Positions 18,975 to 28,287 of a stretch of DNA of 48,677 nt are shown in pieces. Made by a program: the position numbers and the translations under genes. Numbering within the stretch: the first letter of the stretch is position 1; the number at the start of each line of letters is the position of its first letter. The notes beneath the pieces were generated by a model. That model was not told the origin of the DNA and did not search any database. It worked only from the letters and a program-made list of their open reading frames with translations. The stretch comes from Candidatus Collierbacteria bacterium GW2011_GWA2_42_17 (GTDB lineage: Bacteria > Patescibacteriota > Microgenomatia > UBA1400 > MFAQ01), in assembly GCA_000998275.1 (NCBI GenBank), contig LCDA01000006.1, positions 1 through 48,677 on the forward strand, written 5' to 3'.

Positions 18975-21794
18975 ATGAAAAACAAAACTATTAAACCCTT
19001 GGAAACACAGTACACTCCTTCGATAATCGAAGAGGAGGTCATCAAATATTGGAAAGAAAATCAAACCTTTGAAAAATCGGTTTTTCAAAGAGATGCCAAA
19101 GACACCTTCCGTTTCTACGACGGTCCTCCTTTTGTCACCGGTAAGCCTCATTATGGGCATCTTTTAGGATCAATCATTAAAGACGTTATTCCTCGTTACC
19201 AAACCATGAAAGGTAAGCACGTCGATCGAGTCTGGGGCTGGGACTGTCATGGTCTTCCCATTGAAAACAAAGTTGAAAAACTATTGGGGGTCAACTCCAA
19301 AAAGGAAATAGAAACTCTGGGCATTGATAAATTTGTTTCTGCTTGCAAAACTTATGTTCACGATGTCTCCTCTGAATGGCAGTGGTATATCGACAGGATC
19401 GGTCGTTGGGTTGATATGGAACATTCTTATCGCACCATGGACAAAAACTACATGGAGTCGGTTATCTGGGTTTTCAAACAGCTTTACGAAAAAAATAATA
19501 TCTATAAAGGCAAAAGAGTTTCTCTTTTTTGCCCCAGGTGTGAGTCTCCTATCAGTAATTTTGAAATTGCCATGGACAACTCCTACAGGGATGTCACTGA
19601 TCCTTCGGTCTTTCTTAAATTTCGTGTAAAAGGTGAGAACCACTTCTTCCTTGCCTGGACAACTACCCCCTGGACACTTCCCAGTAACTTTGCCCTAGCC
19701 GTTTCCGTAGACGATACTTATGTCTTGGTCGAACAGAACAATGTTCAATACATTCTCGCTAAGGCTCGTGTTGAAGAAACCTTAGGAAGCGACGGTCTCA
19801 GAATAATTAAAGAATTCAAGGGCAACGAACTTGTAGGCAAAGAATACGAACCTCTCTATACCTACTATGACTCCACCAAAGCCGACTACAAAGTCTATCC
19901 CGCAGACTTTGTCTCCATGGAAGACGGTACTGGAATTGTTCATATTGCTCCGGGATTTGGTGAAGATGATACTGAGCTTGGTAAAAAATATGGACTTTCG
20001 ATGGGGGAGTCGGTTGACGACACCGGCACCATGGATCCAAAAATTACTGTTGCTCAGGGTAAATATTTCAAAGCTGCCGATAAATTAGTACTCGAAGATT
20101 TAGTCAACAGAGGTTTAATATTAAAGAGCACAAAAATTACTCACAGTTATCCTCACTGTCATCGTTGCGGAACTGCCTTACTCTATAAAAGTCAAATAGC
20201 TTGGTACATCAATATTCAGGATATTAAAAGTAAATTAATTGAAACGAATAAAGATATTAACTGGGTCCCCAGTCATTTCAAAGATGGTCGTTTCAGGCTT
20301 GGCATAGAGTCTGCTCCAGACTGGTGCATTAGCCGTTCACGTTACTGGGGTACACCTCTTCCCATCTGGGAGTGTGAGTGCGGAGAGAGAATCGTTCCTG
20401 GATCAATTGCCGATATCGAAAATCTTTCCGGTCAAAAAGTAAAAGATCTTCATCGCCCAGACATTGATGAAATCTATTTAAACTGTCCTAAGTGCGGCAA
20501 AAAAGCCAAACGCGTTCCCGAAGTGCTTGATGTTTGGATTGAGTCGGCTTCTATGCCTTATGCACAAGTACATTATCCCTTCGAAAATGTAGACAAGTTC
20601 AACAATAGTTTCCCAGCTGACTTTATTACCGAGTACACAGGCCAACTACGGGCTTGGTTTTACGTCACCCACGTCGTCTCCAATCTATTGATGGGCTCCA
20701 AATCATTTGAAAATGTCGTGGTCAGCGGTGTCATCATGGGAACCGATGGCCACAAAATGAGTAAGAGTTTAGGAAATTTTCCCGACCCCAAAGACTCACT
20801 CCAAAAGTTTGGTGGCGACTCTCTTAGGTTATATCTCATGGGCAGTTCCATTGCTCTTGGCCAAGACATTATTGTCTCCGAAGAAGACTGGGCCAACGAA
20901 CTCAAAACCACCCTTATGCTACTCTGGAACTCCTACAAATACTTTGTTTCTTATGCCTCTCTCGAAAACTGGGAACAAAAACCGGAGTTTGCCAAAGAAC
21001 CAGGCGTTCTAGATCGTTGGATTCTCACTCGTTTGGATGAAACAGTTCTTATGATGGATAAATATCTTGGTGTTTATCAAATTCCTAAAAGCGTCGCCAC
21101 TCTAAAAAGCTTCATTTCTGACCTTTCTACTTGGTACATTCGCCGTTCTCGCGATCGTGTTGGTCCCAGCGCCCCAAATCAAGCCGACAAAGAAGCTGCC
21201 TATATCACCATGTCCACCGTTTTTAGCGTTCTTTTCAAGGTATCAGCTCCAATTATTCCTTTCATCTCAGAGTATCTTTATCGTCATCTTACCGGAGAAG
21301 AATCGGTCCATCTCGAAGACTGGCCAACAGTCAAAAACGACAAAGTAATTGACAGGGAACTTTTAGTCAAAATGGTTCTAGTTAGAAGAATCTGCGAAAT
21401 GGGCAACGGGGAAAGAAAGAATCTTAGTCTTCCGATCAAACAAGCTCTATCATCCATCACCGTAAAAGGTGAGTTCTCCACGCTTAAGGATGAAAGTGAA
21501 CTTCTTCAATTAATTAAAGAAGAACTAAATGTAGAAGAAGTCTTGTTCGCCGAGGGCAAGGAAGGCGTCAGCTACGACACCGTTATCACTGTCGATCTCA
21601 AAGACAAAGGTTTGGCTCGTGAAATTATCAGGTCGATTCAGGAAGCCAGAAAATTGGCGAATTGTCGACTCGACGAAAAAATTGAGATCGAACTACCTTC
21701 TTGGCCAGTTAAGTACGAAGGCGACATCAAGCGCAAAGCCTTGGTATCCAAAATTACCAAAGGTCCAGAGATAAAAATTGTAAGATCGAATTAA
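18975..21794 (+). CDS. ileS: Isoleucine--tRNA ligase (type 2-like)
   Basis: FYDGPPFVTGKPHYGH, GWDCHGLP, WTTTPWTLPSN, DWCISRSRYWG, KMSKS, WYIRRSR. ATG 18975 follows the T-box terminator. Confidence 0.97.
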   Translation: MKNKTIKPLETQYTPSIIEEEVIKYWKENQTFEKSVFQRDAKDTFRFYDGPPFVTGKPHYGHLLGSIIKDVIPRYQTMKGKHVDRVWGWDCHGLPIENKVEKLLGVNSKKEIETLGIDKFVSACKTYVHDVSSEWQWYIDRIGRWVDMEHSYRTMDKNYMESVIWVFKQLYEKNNIYKGKRVSLFCPRCESPISNFEIAMDNSYRDVTDPSVFLKFRVKGENHFFLAWTTTPWTLPSNFALAVSVDDTYVLVEQNNVQYILAKARVEETLGSDGLRIIKEFKGNELVGKEYEPLYTYYDSTKADYKVYPADFVSMEDGTGIVHIAPGFGEDDTELGKKYGLSMGESVDDTGTMDPKITVAQGKYFKAADKLVLEDLVNRGLILKSTKITHSYPHCHRCGTALLYKSQIAWYINIQDIKSKLIETNKDINWVPSHFKDGRFRLGIESAPDWCISRSRYWGTPLPIWECECGERIVPGSIADIENLSGQKVKDLHRPDIDEIYLNCPKCGKKAKRVPEVLDVWIESASMPYAQVHYPFENVDKFNNSFPADFITEYTGQLRAWFYVTHVVSNLLMGSKSFENVVVSGVIMGTDGHKMSKSLGNFPDPKDSLQKFGGDSLRLYLMGSSIALGQDIIVSEEDWANELKTTLMLLWNSYKYFVSYASLENWEQKPEFAKEPGVLDRWILTRLDETVLMMDKYLGVYQIPKSVATLKSFISDLSTWYIRRSRDRVGPSAPNQADKEAAYITMSTVFSVLFKVSAPIIPFISEYLYRHLTGEESVHLEDWPTVKNDKVIDRELLVKMVLVRRICEMGNGERKNLSLPIKQALSSITVKGEFSTLKDESELLQLIKEELNVEEVLFAEGKEGVSYDTVITVDLKDKGLAREIIRSIQEARKLANCRLDEKIEIELPSWPVKYEGDIKRKALVSKITKGPEIKIVRSN

Positions 21795-21795
21795 T

Positions 21796-22851
21796 ATGCG
21801 TCCAAACAAGGGCTTATTTATCGCTGCCTTAATACTGGTTCTTGTCTTGGGTCTTATTACCATCTGGAGTACAGTTCCTGATTTGTTTTTTACTCAGCTG
21901 GAATTTATTATTGCCGGTATTATTATCGTTTTTCTACTCTCCAGACTGGATACAAGAACATTTTTTAGTATCTCAACCGGTTTATATATCACTAGTATCT
22001 TCCTTTTGATTCTGACTGCGATTATCGGCAGAAATATCCGTGGTTCTGTTCGCTGGATTGATCTAGGTATCTTTAATCTTCAAACATCTGAGATTGTCAA
22101 ACCTTTTCTCGCCATTTTTTATGCGTCATATCTCTCTCAAAGCAAAATTAGTAAATGGAAAGATGTTTTAAAGTTCCTTTTACTTGCCATGATTCCGGTT
22201 GTTTTAGTCATTATTCAGCCAGACCTTGGTACCGCCTTGACCTTAATTTGTTTGCCCTTGGCCCTGTTGGTATTTACCGGTCATATAAAGAAACTCCTAA
22301 TTATTGGTGCCGTCTTTCTTGCTGTTGCCATCCCTTTGGAATCATATTTCCTCAAACCGTACCAAAGACAGAGAATCGATACCTTTATTAATCCCTACAA
22401 GGATCCTCAAGGAGCTGGATACAACGTTATTCAAGCCACGATTGCCGTCGGGTCGGGTGGTATTTTTGGCAAAGGAGTCAAACTTGGAACCCAGTCTCAC
22501 CTAAACTTTCTTCCCGAACGTCATACCGACTTTATTTTTGCCTCGTTTGTCGAAGAATTCGGTTTGGTCGGAGCTTCTTTTCTTCTCGCCGCTTACTTTT
22601 TCATTTTTCAAACTTGTCTTCAAACAGGCAAAGTTCTAAGGGACAGTCGAGCATCGCTTCTTTCACTTTCGGTTTTTACCATCATGGCATTCCAAACAGT
22701 TGTTAACATCGGTATGAATCTTGGGGTCATGCCTGTAACCGGAATTACCTTACCCCTTTTTTCCTATGGCGGTAGCTCCCTTCTAAGTTTCGCGATATTA
22801 ATTGGACTCCAACTCCGCCAGCTTGATTTAATCACCCCTTTTGAGATATAA
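21796..22851 (+). CDS. rodA: SEDS protein RodA
   Basis: GSVRWI, QPDLGT, LKPYQRQRI, GAGYNVIQ, FLPERHTDFIF, GITLPLFSYGGSS. Confidence 0.9.
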   Translation: MRPNKGLFIAALILVLVLGLITIWSTVPDLFFTQLEFIIAGIIIVFLLSRLDTRTFFSISTGLYITSIFLLILTAIIGRNIRGSVRWIDLGIFNLQTSEIVKPFLAIFYASYLSQSKISKWKDVLKFLLLAMIPVVLVIIQPDLGTALTLICLPLALLVFTGHIKKLLIIGAVFLAVAIPLESYFLKPYQRQRIDTFINPYKDPQGAGYNVIQATIAVGSGGIFGKGVKLGTQSHLNFLPERHTDFIFASFVEEFGLVGASFLLAAYFFIFQTCLQTGKVLRDSRASLLSLSVFTIMAFQTVVNIGMNLGVMPVTGITLPLFSYGGSSLLSFAILIGLQLRQLDLITPFEI

Positions 22852-22859
22852 TTGCGCCC

Positions 22860-23186
22860 ATGGAAGACAAAAATATATATGCCGTCATTGAACTTGGCGG
22901 AAAACAGTTCTTGGTCAAACAAGGAGACAAAATTACTGCTGAGAAAATCGAAACTAAAGTTGGCGACACTTTAAAGGTTACTGAAGTTTTGTTGACTCAC
23001 GACGGCAAAGACACCAAGATTGGTCAGCCTTACGTCGAAAAAGCTTCTGTAGAGCTTACTCTAGACAGTACTGGGCGTGGTGAAAAAATTCGCGTAGCTA
23101 AATTTAAGGCTAAATCAAGGTACAGAAAAGTTCTTGGTCACCGACAATCTGAGAGCTATCTCACGGTCAAGGCGATCAACCTTTAA
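22860..23186 (+). CDS. rplU: 50S ribosomal protein bL21
   Basis: YAVIELGGKQFLV, IGQPYVE, KFKAKSRYRKVLGHRQ. Confidence 0.97.
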   Translation: MEDKNIYAVIELGGKQFLVKQGDKITAEKIETKVGDTLKVTEVLLTHDGKDTKIGQPYVEKASVELTLDSTGRGEKIRVAKFKAKSRYRKVLGHRQSESYLTVKAINL

Positions 23187-23192
23187 AACACA

Positions 23193-24245
23193 ATGCAATT
23201 TTTATTGTTCGTCGGAGCCAACAATACTTTGGCGGCAGAAGAGGTGTCTGCCCAAATAAAGAAGGCGACCCAAATTTCCCCCAATGTCTATCGTTTTGAG
23301 ATGGGTTCTGTTGACGAAGCCAAAATAATTGCCGAAAGACTAGGATCCAGTATCAAACTCGCCGTTCTTCTCGAAGGGGTTATCCCAGGTGCCAAATCCA
23401 TAGCCAAAGAAATCAAAGCTAAAAATTTCTCTTTAAGTCTGTTGGGAAAAAAGGAAAACACTTCCAAACTTCACCAAGAAGTCAAAGACAATCTTGAAAG
23501 AGGTAGATTTGTCATTCCCAAAGACGAGTTTGGCGTTTCTCCAGTCATCAACAAAAAACACAAGATCGATGAGTTTTTCTTGGATATAGAAAATAATCAA
23601 GTTTGGCAAACTGTCTGGGTTCATAGCTTCATGCACTGGATCAAAAAAGATCGTCACATGCCTCACATTGATCCCCAAGCCGGTATGCTTCCTCCAAAAA
23701 TCGCCCGAAGTATGGTCAACCTGGTACCCCTTTCTCCCGAGGGCAAGATCTTGGTTGATCCTTTCTGCGGTTCAGGCAGAGTTTTAGTCGAAGCCGCTGA
23801 GGTAGGCTATCAAATAGGCGGAACAGACATTGTCACCAATCAGGTTCAAGATACTATAGAAAATCTCCAATCGATGAACTTTTCGGGGAAAATAGAGGTT
23901 CTTGATGCTACCCACCTCTCCGATAAATTCAGCAATATCGATGCCATTGTTACTGAGCCTTTTCTCGGAAAATCTAAGTTCAGACAAGACGAAATTCGTT
24001 ATATTGTCCCCGGATTGGAGAAGCTTTATCTCGGTTGTCTTAAGGACTGGTTGAAAGTTCTCAAACCCGGCGGTTTTGTCGTCATGGTCTTCCCTTGGTT
24101 CAACGACGGTAAAAAAGAATATAAGACGAGTGAAATAATTGACGGGAAGCTAAAGTTAAGTTACAATCCATTGAAACGCGGAATATTTTATTCACGTCCC
24201 GACGCGGACGTCAAGCGTGAAATAGTTATCTTACAAAAACAATAA
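23193..24245 (+). CDS. SAM-dependent RNA methyltransferase, Trm11/TrmG10 (UPF0020)-like
   Basis: GMLPPKIARSMVNL, VDPFCGSGRVLVEA, IVTEPFLG (DPPY-like motif IV), LKPGG. Confidence 0.75.
   Translation: MQFLLFVGANNTLAAEEVSAQIKKATQISPNVYRFEMGSVDEAKIIAERLGSSIKLAVLLEGVIPGAKSIAKEIKAKNFSLSLLGKKENTSKLHQEVKDNLERGRFVIPKDEFGVSPVINKKHKIDEFFLDIENNQVWQTVWVHSFMHWIKKDRHMPHIDPQAGMLPPKIARSMVNLVPLSPEGKILVDPFCGSGRVLVEAAEVGYQIGGTDIVTNQVQDTIENLQSMNFSGKIEVLDATHLSDKFSNIDAIVTEPFLGKSKFRQDEIRYIVPGLEKLYLGCLKDWLKVLKPGGFVVMVFPWFNDGKKEYKTSEIIDGKLKLSYNPLKRGIFYSRPDADVKREIVILQKQ
24139..24167 (+). promoter_or_regulatory. Internal sigma70 promoter for rpmA-parB
   Basis: TTGACG (24139-24144)-17 bp-TACAAT (24162-24167) inside the methyltransferase 3' end. 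Confidence 0.6.
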
Positions 24246-24251
24246 AAATAT

Positions 24252-24503
24252 ATGGCACACGTCAAATCAGGAGGAGCGACCAGACAACACGCTCAACGTT
24301 CCGGCAAAAGACTAGGAGTCAAAATCTACGGTGGTGAAGAAATCAAAACTGGTCAAATCATTGTTCGTCAACGTGGAGCAGGAGTACATCCTGGTATCAA
24401 CACCGACAAAGGCCGTGACTTTACTGTTTACGCTACTGCCCCTGGAAACGTCAAATATCGTAAGTTAAACGGGGTTAAATACGTAGACGTAATCACAAAA
24501 TAA
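24252..24503 (+). CDS. rpmA: 50S ribosomal protein bL27
   Basis: MAHVKSGG, KRLGVK, GQIIVRQRG, GRDFTVYA. Confidence 0.96.
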   Translation: MAHVKSGGATRQHAQRSGKRLGVKIYGGEEIKTGQIIVRQRGAGVHPGINTDKGRDFTVYATAPGNVKYRKLNGVKYVDVITK

Positions 24504-25493
24504 ATGGAAGAAAATCAACAGGTTGCAAGATTACCGCTAGACCATCTTCAACCCAATCCTCTTCAGCCAAGAGGAGTGATTACTCCTGAATCTCTTTCCG
24601 AACTTGTTGACTCCATCAAGACTCACGGCATCATTCAACCTCTCGTTGTGGCACACACCCCCGCAGGCTATCAGATCATCGCCGGAGAACGTCGTTGGAG
24701 AGCCAGTCGTCTTGCCGGTCTTACCGAAGTCCCTGTTAGAATCATCGAAACCACTCCTCAGGGAATGCTTGAGATGGCCATAGTGGAAAATGTTCAACGC
24801 ACCGATCTTAATCCTATTGATCGTGCCAACTCCTTTGAACGTCTCATCAAAGAATTCTCTTTAACCAACTCGGACATCTGTACCCGCATCGGCAAAAGTC
24901 CAGCCTACGTCAGTAACACCTTCCGTCTTCTCGAACTTCCAGATGCCCTTAAGGACGGACTGATCTCGGGGGTCATCACTGAAGGCCACGCCAGAGCCCT
25001 AGCCGCCATTCCCGACACCCAGGCCATGATTGAAGCCTACAAGATGATTCTCCGTGAAGGTGGTTCGGTCAGACGTGCGGAAGAGCTTTCTCGCCGTTTC
25101 AAAAAAACCATGCATCGTTCCAAGCCATCTGATGGTTTCAACACCAAGACTGTCAATGAATCCATAGACAACATGGCAACAGCCATTGGTCGATCAATAG
25201 GGGAGAATGTTAACGTCAAAATGCGCCGTTCCAGAGTCGAAACCGCCATTCATATTGTTCTCAAAGGTAATCCTGAAGAAACCGAAGCCCAGATCCAAAA
25301 AATCTATGATCTAATAGTTGGAGTTCCCAAACCGGAAGTTCAAGTTGAAAAGGAAGAAGAGATTAAAACTCAAGAGTCTCCAAGCGAAAATACCTACTCA
25401 AATCCTTTTGAACCAATGTTGGAAAAACCCTCCTACAATCAACCCTCTGACCCTATTGTTCCCCGAGACCCCGACAACCTTTCGGAATACTAA
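24504..25493 (+). CDS. parB: ParB/Spo0J partition protein
   Basis: PNPLQPR, HGIIQP, IIAGERRWRA, VENVQRTDLNPI, HTH IGKSPAYVSN, EGHARAL. Confidence 0.95.
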   Translation: MEENQQVARLPLDHLQPNPLQPRGVITPESLSELVDSIKTHGIIQPLVVAHTPAGYQIIAGERRWRASRLAGLTEVPVRIIETTPQGMLEMAIVENVQRTDLNPIDRANSFERLIKEFSLTNSDICTRIGKSPAYVSNTFRLLELPDALKDGLISGVITEGHARALAAIPDTQAMIEAYKMILREGGSVRRAEELSRRFKKTMHRSKPSDGFNTKTVNESIDNMATAIGRSIGENVNVKMRRSRVETAIHIVLKGNPEETEAQIQKIYDLIVGVPKPEVQVEKEEEIKTQESPSENTYSNPFEPMLEKPSYNQPSDPIVPRDPDNLSEY

Positions 25494-25496
25494 ACC

Positions 25497-26066
25497 CTAA
25501 TTGGAAGCCCTAGTTTGATTGGAGATTACTCCAACTACATCTGATGGCCAATATCGAAAAAAGACTCTCCCTACAATATTCTGTTCGGGTACCGGACCCC
25601 AATCACGGCTATCCGATGAATGACCCCGATTATCCCCAAAAGCAATAACTTCACCAGGTTGTACCGTATAACTTTCTCCTTCCAACAAAAACTGCCCCGG
25701 ATTAGTGACCACGTCGCTTGAAAGATAGTACTCGTCAAGTACTTGGCCATCAATATATACGTTGCCATTCTTGATCATCACTGTCTGTCCGGGAAGAGCA
25801 ATTACTCTCTTGATAAAGTCAAAATTCTCATTTACTGGAGCCTTAAAAACAATTACATCTCCATATTTTGGTAGCCCTCTTTGGTAGGTAATTTTGTCGG
25901 TAAGTAAGTACTCTTTATCCTTAAAAGTTGGGTACATCGATGCACCCTTCACCTGATGAGGCTGCATCAAGAATAGATAAACAACGACAAAAACCGAAGC
26001 AGAGATGACAAATGCCTCAACAAACTCGTAAACTACCTTGATAAACTTTCTAAAGAAACGCATCAT
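25497..26066 (-). CDS. lepB: Signal peptidase I
   Basis: GASMYPT, GDVIVF, FIKRVIALPG, GDNRGHSSDSRDWG. Confidence 0.95.
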   Translation of the reverse strand: MMRFFRKFIKVVYEFVEAFVISASVFVVVYLFLMQPHQVKGASMYPTFKDKEYLLTDKITYQRGLPKYGDVIVFKAPVNENFDFIKRVIALPGQTVMIKNGNVYIDGQVLDEYYLSSDVVTNPGQFLLEGESYTVQPGEVIAFGDNRGHSSDSRDWGPVPEQNIVGRVFFRYWPSDVVGVISNQTRASN

Positions 26067-26101
26067 TTAAGTTTAATGCGGTTGATATAATATATCAAGT
26101 T

Positions 26102-26178
26102 GGATCTGTAGCTCAGTTGGTTAGAGCGCTTCATTCACATTGAAGAGGTCACTGGTTCGAATCCAGTCAGATCCACCA
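26102..26178 (+). tRNA. tRNA-Val(CAC)
   Basis: Acceptor GGATCTG/CAGATCC, D-arm GCTC/GAGC, anticodon stem CTTCA/TGAAG with loop TT-CAC-AT, GGTTCGAATCC, encoded CCA. Confidence 0.95.
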
Positions 26179-28248
26179 AAAAAATCTACTAGAAGCCCTT
26201 TCGTTTCTTTCAACGTAACTGACGCATTCGCCCTGATTTCTGAAGCCAAAATAATCGTACATTACTTTCCATCTATCTTTTTTACACTGTTCTTTATTTG
26301 CAGGAGAAGATTGAATGGATAAATTCTTGCCATTACTTTTCACAATGTAATAGTCATGTTGATCGTTAGAAACTATATTCCCATCAAAAATATTCCAATC
26401 TGATGTGTCTCCAATGTTACCTATGTGCAATTTATAAGTACCCTTATTTCCATCTTCAAATACTCTAATCATCAATTCCTCATTATCGTATCCCGGCAAC
26501 ATAAATAATTTATAATCTGGGAAATACAAACCCAATTGATCATTGCATTTAGTCACCTCAATATTGCATACTTCAAGTTTTCCAGGGGAACGCAGAACAA
26601 CTACAAGTGCATTTTTTCGACCATCATTATTTCCGGAAATTATTTTTGTCTGATCTAAACCTAATACCCCGAATATCTTTTGAATATTGTCATTTTTGGT
26701 AACCAACTCACCATGCCAACCTGATCCCCTAAGAATATTAGAGAAAGTACCTTTTGCACTATCTTCCGTAATTGTTCCGTCTCCATCTGCAGTTTCAAAC
26801 GGATCACTAATTGGTTTACCATCAACCCATCTTTGCAAAGCTAGATCTTCCTCTGATGGAGCAATTACCTTAACAATTTTATTGGTCTCAATATCCTTAC
26901 TATAGATGGCAGTTGTTAGGGAATTGATTTGAGAAACATTCTGATTCAAAGTGCCCAGATACAAATTTTTTTGACTAAGAGTAGACCAGGGAATAACTAA
27001 CGCATCTTTTTTTATAAAATCATAAACAGGTAACAAATCTCTTAATGATGGAACAAGTCTTTGAACTGTCTGAACATTAGATTCACCAACATTAGCTCCG
27101 AAATGTGTTGTTAGTTCAAGAGCCATTTTTGCCCACCAAACATCATTCCAGATTGTGGCTCCTTCCCAAACTCCATATGCCTCGGTTACACCCTTATTTG
27201 GTGATCCCACGGTAATAATTTTGTTTATTTTTGAAGTTCCGTATGTTTGAGTGTATGCTCTTGCCACCAGACCACCCATACTATGGCCAACCAAGTTTAC
27301 CTTTTCCCCGGTTGAGATATTGGTATCTATGTACACCTTAAGCCTTTCCGCCAAAACACTCAAAGGCTTTCTCCAGTCATAGGGAAAGATATACAGGTTT
27401 CGATCAGTATCGTTTGGATCCTTGGTATTAATAAACGAGCTAATAAGACCATTGTACTCTTTCACAAAACTGGGAACTGTCCAGTTATTTCCATCCGTTC
27501 CACTCAATATCGCCCCCATATCCCAACTAGCACCAAGACCAGGAATAAGTATTGTTGGACTAGTATTACTAAGCTCAGAAATTTTTATATAATCAATATC
27601 TATAGTTGGCCAAGCGACACCATTTGTAAATTCAGGATTTCCTAACCAAATGTACCTGATTTGTCTTTCAGATATCGAAGATTCATAGACTTTGATTCCA
27701 TCAACATATAAATAATATTTATTTCCATCCTTTTGCATTTTTAACGTGTACCATTCATTGGATAAACCATTAAAGACGCCACTATTAAAGTGGTTAGGGA
27801 TACAAGAAGGGGCTGTATTAGGACAGATAACGGTATTTACAGTAAAACCAGATACTTGTTTAGGCCAAATAATAAAAACGACATCTTCCCAAGCAACCTC
27901 CCTGGTAATACCATAGGGTAATAACTTGTCAGAGAGAACAAACCCAGCACCAAAATTTGGAGTCCCTGTAAAACGAAATTTAAATTCAATTTCAATCTTA
28001 TCGACCATTGGAAGTTCTTTCCACAAATACGGGAATTTTTTTGAATTTATAGGACTAAGTCTCAAAAAGGAATCAGACACAATTTTGGCTGATCCTGTTG
28101 CCTCAGGAGAAATTGTCCAAGAACTATCATACGTAGAGTTAAAATGGTCAGAAAAAAAATAATATGCCTCGATACCTTTCGGAAAGAAAAAAAATGCTAT
28201 GATTCCGATAATAACCCAAACTACAAGAAGCGATGTGCAGGACTTCAT
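26167..28248 (-). CDS. Exported alpha/beta hydrolase (PGAP1/LCAT-like) with an N-terminal beta-sandwich domain
   Basis: N-terminal TM, ILIPGLGAS, FPYDWR, VGHSMGGLVAR nucleophile elbow, GSPNKG, DGDGTI, HGEL. Confidence 0.8.
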   Translation of the reverse strand: MKSCTSLLVVWVIIGIIAFFFFPKGIEAYYFFSDHFNSTYDSSWTISPEATGSAKIVSDSFLRLSPINSKKFPYLWKELPMVDKIEIEFKFRFTGTPNFGAGFVLSDKLLPYGITREVAWEDVVFIIWPKQVSGFTVNTVICPNTAPSCIPNHFNSGVFNGLSNEWYTLKMQKDGNKYYLYVDGIKVYESSISERQIRYIWLGNPEFTNGVAWPTIDIDYIKISELSNTSPTILIPGLGASWDMGAILSGTDGNNWTVPSFVKEYNGLISSFINTKDPNDTDRNLYIFPYDWRKPLSVLAERLKVYIDTNISTGEKVNLVGHSMGGLVARAYTQTYGTSKINKIITVGSPNKGVTEAYGVWEGATIWNDVWWAKMALELTTHFGANVGESNVQTVQRLVPSLRDLLPVYDFIKKDALVIPWSTLSQKNLYLGTLNQNVSQINSLTTAIYSKDIETNKIVKVIAPSEEDLALQRWVDGKPISDPFETADGDGTITEDSAKGTFSNILRGSGWHGELVTKNDNIQKIFGVLGLDQTKIISGNNDGRKNALVVVLRSPGKLEVCNIEVTKCNDQLGLYFPDYKLFMLPGYDNEELMIRVFEDGNKGTYKLHIGNIGDTSDWNIFDGNIVSNDQHDYYIVKSNGKNLSIQSSPANKEQCKKDRWKVMYDYFGFRNQGECVSYVERNERASSRFFWWI

Positions 28249-28287
28249 TGTGTAGAATTAATTTATAAACACCTCAAAACTATAAAA

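Noticed and set aside
24191..24221. Possible parS site near parB (TTCACG...CGTGAA)
   Set aside because: The half-sites are 19 nt apart and do not form the contiguous 16-bp parS palindrome; better read as an RNA hairpin.
28144..28287. 48-aa N-terminal extension of the GT2
   Set aside because: Overlaps the divergent hydrolase start; the GT2 motif begins at ATG 28288.
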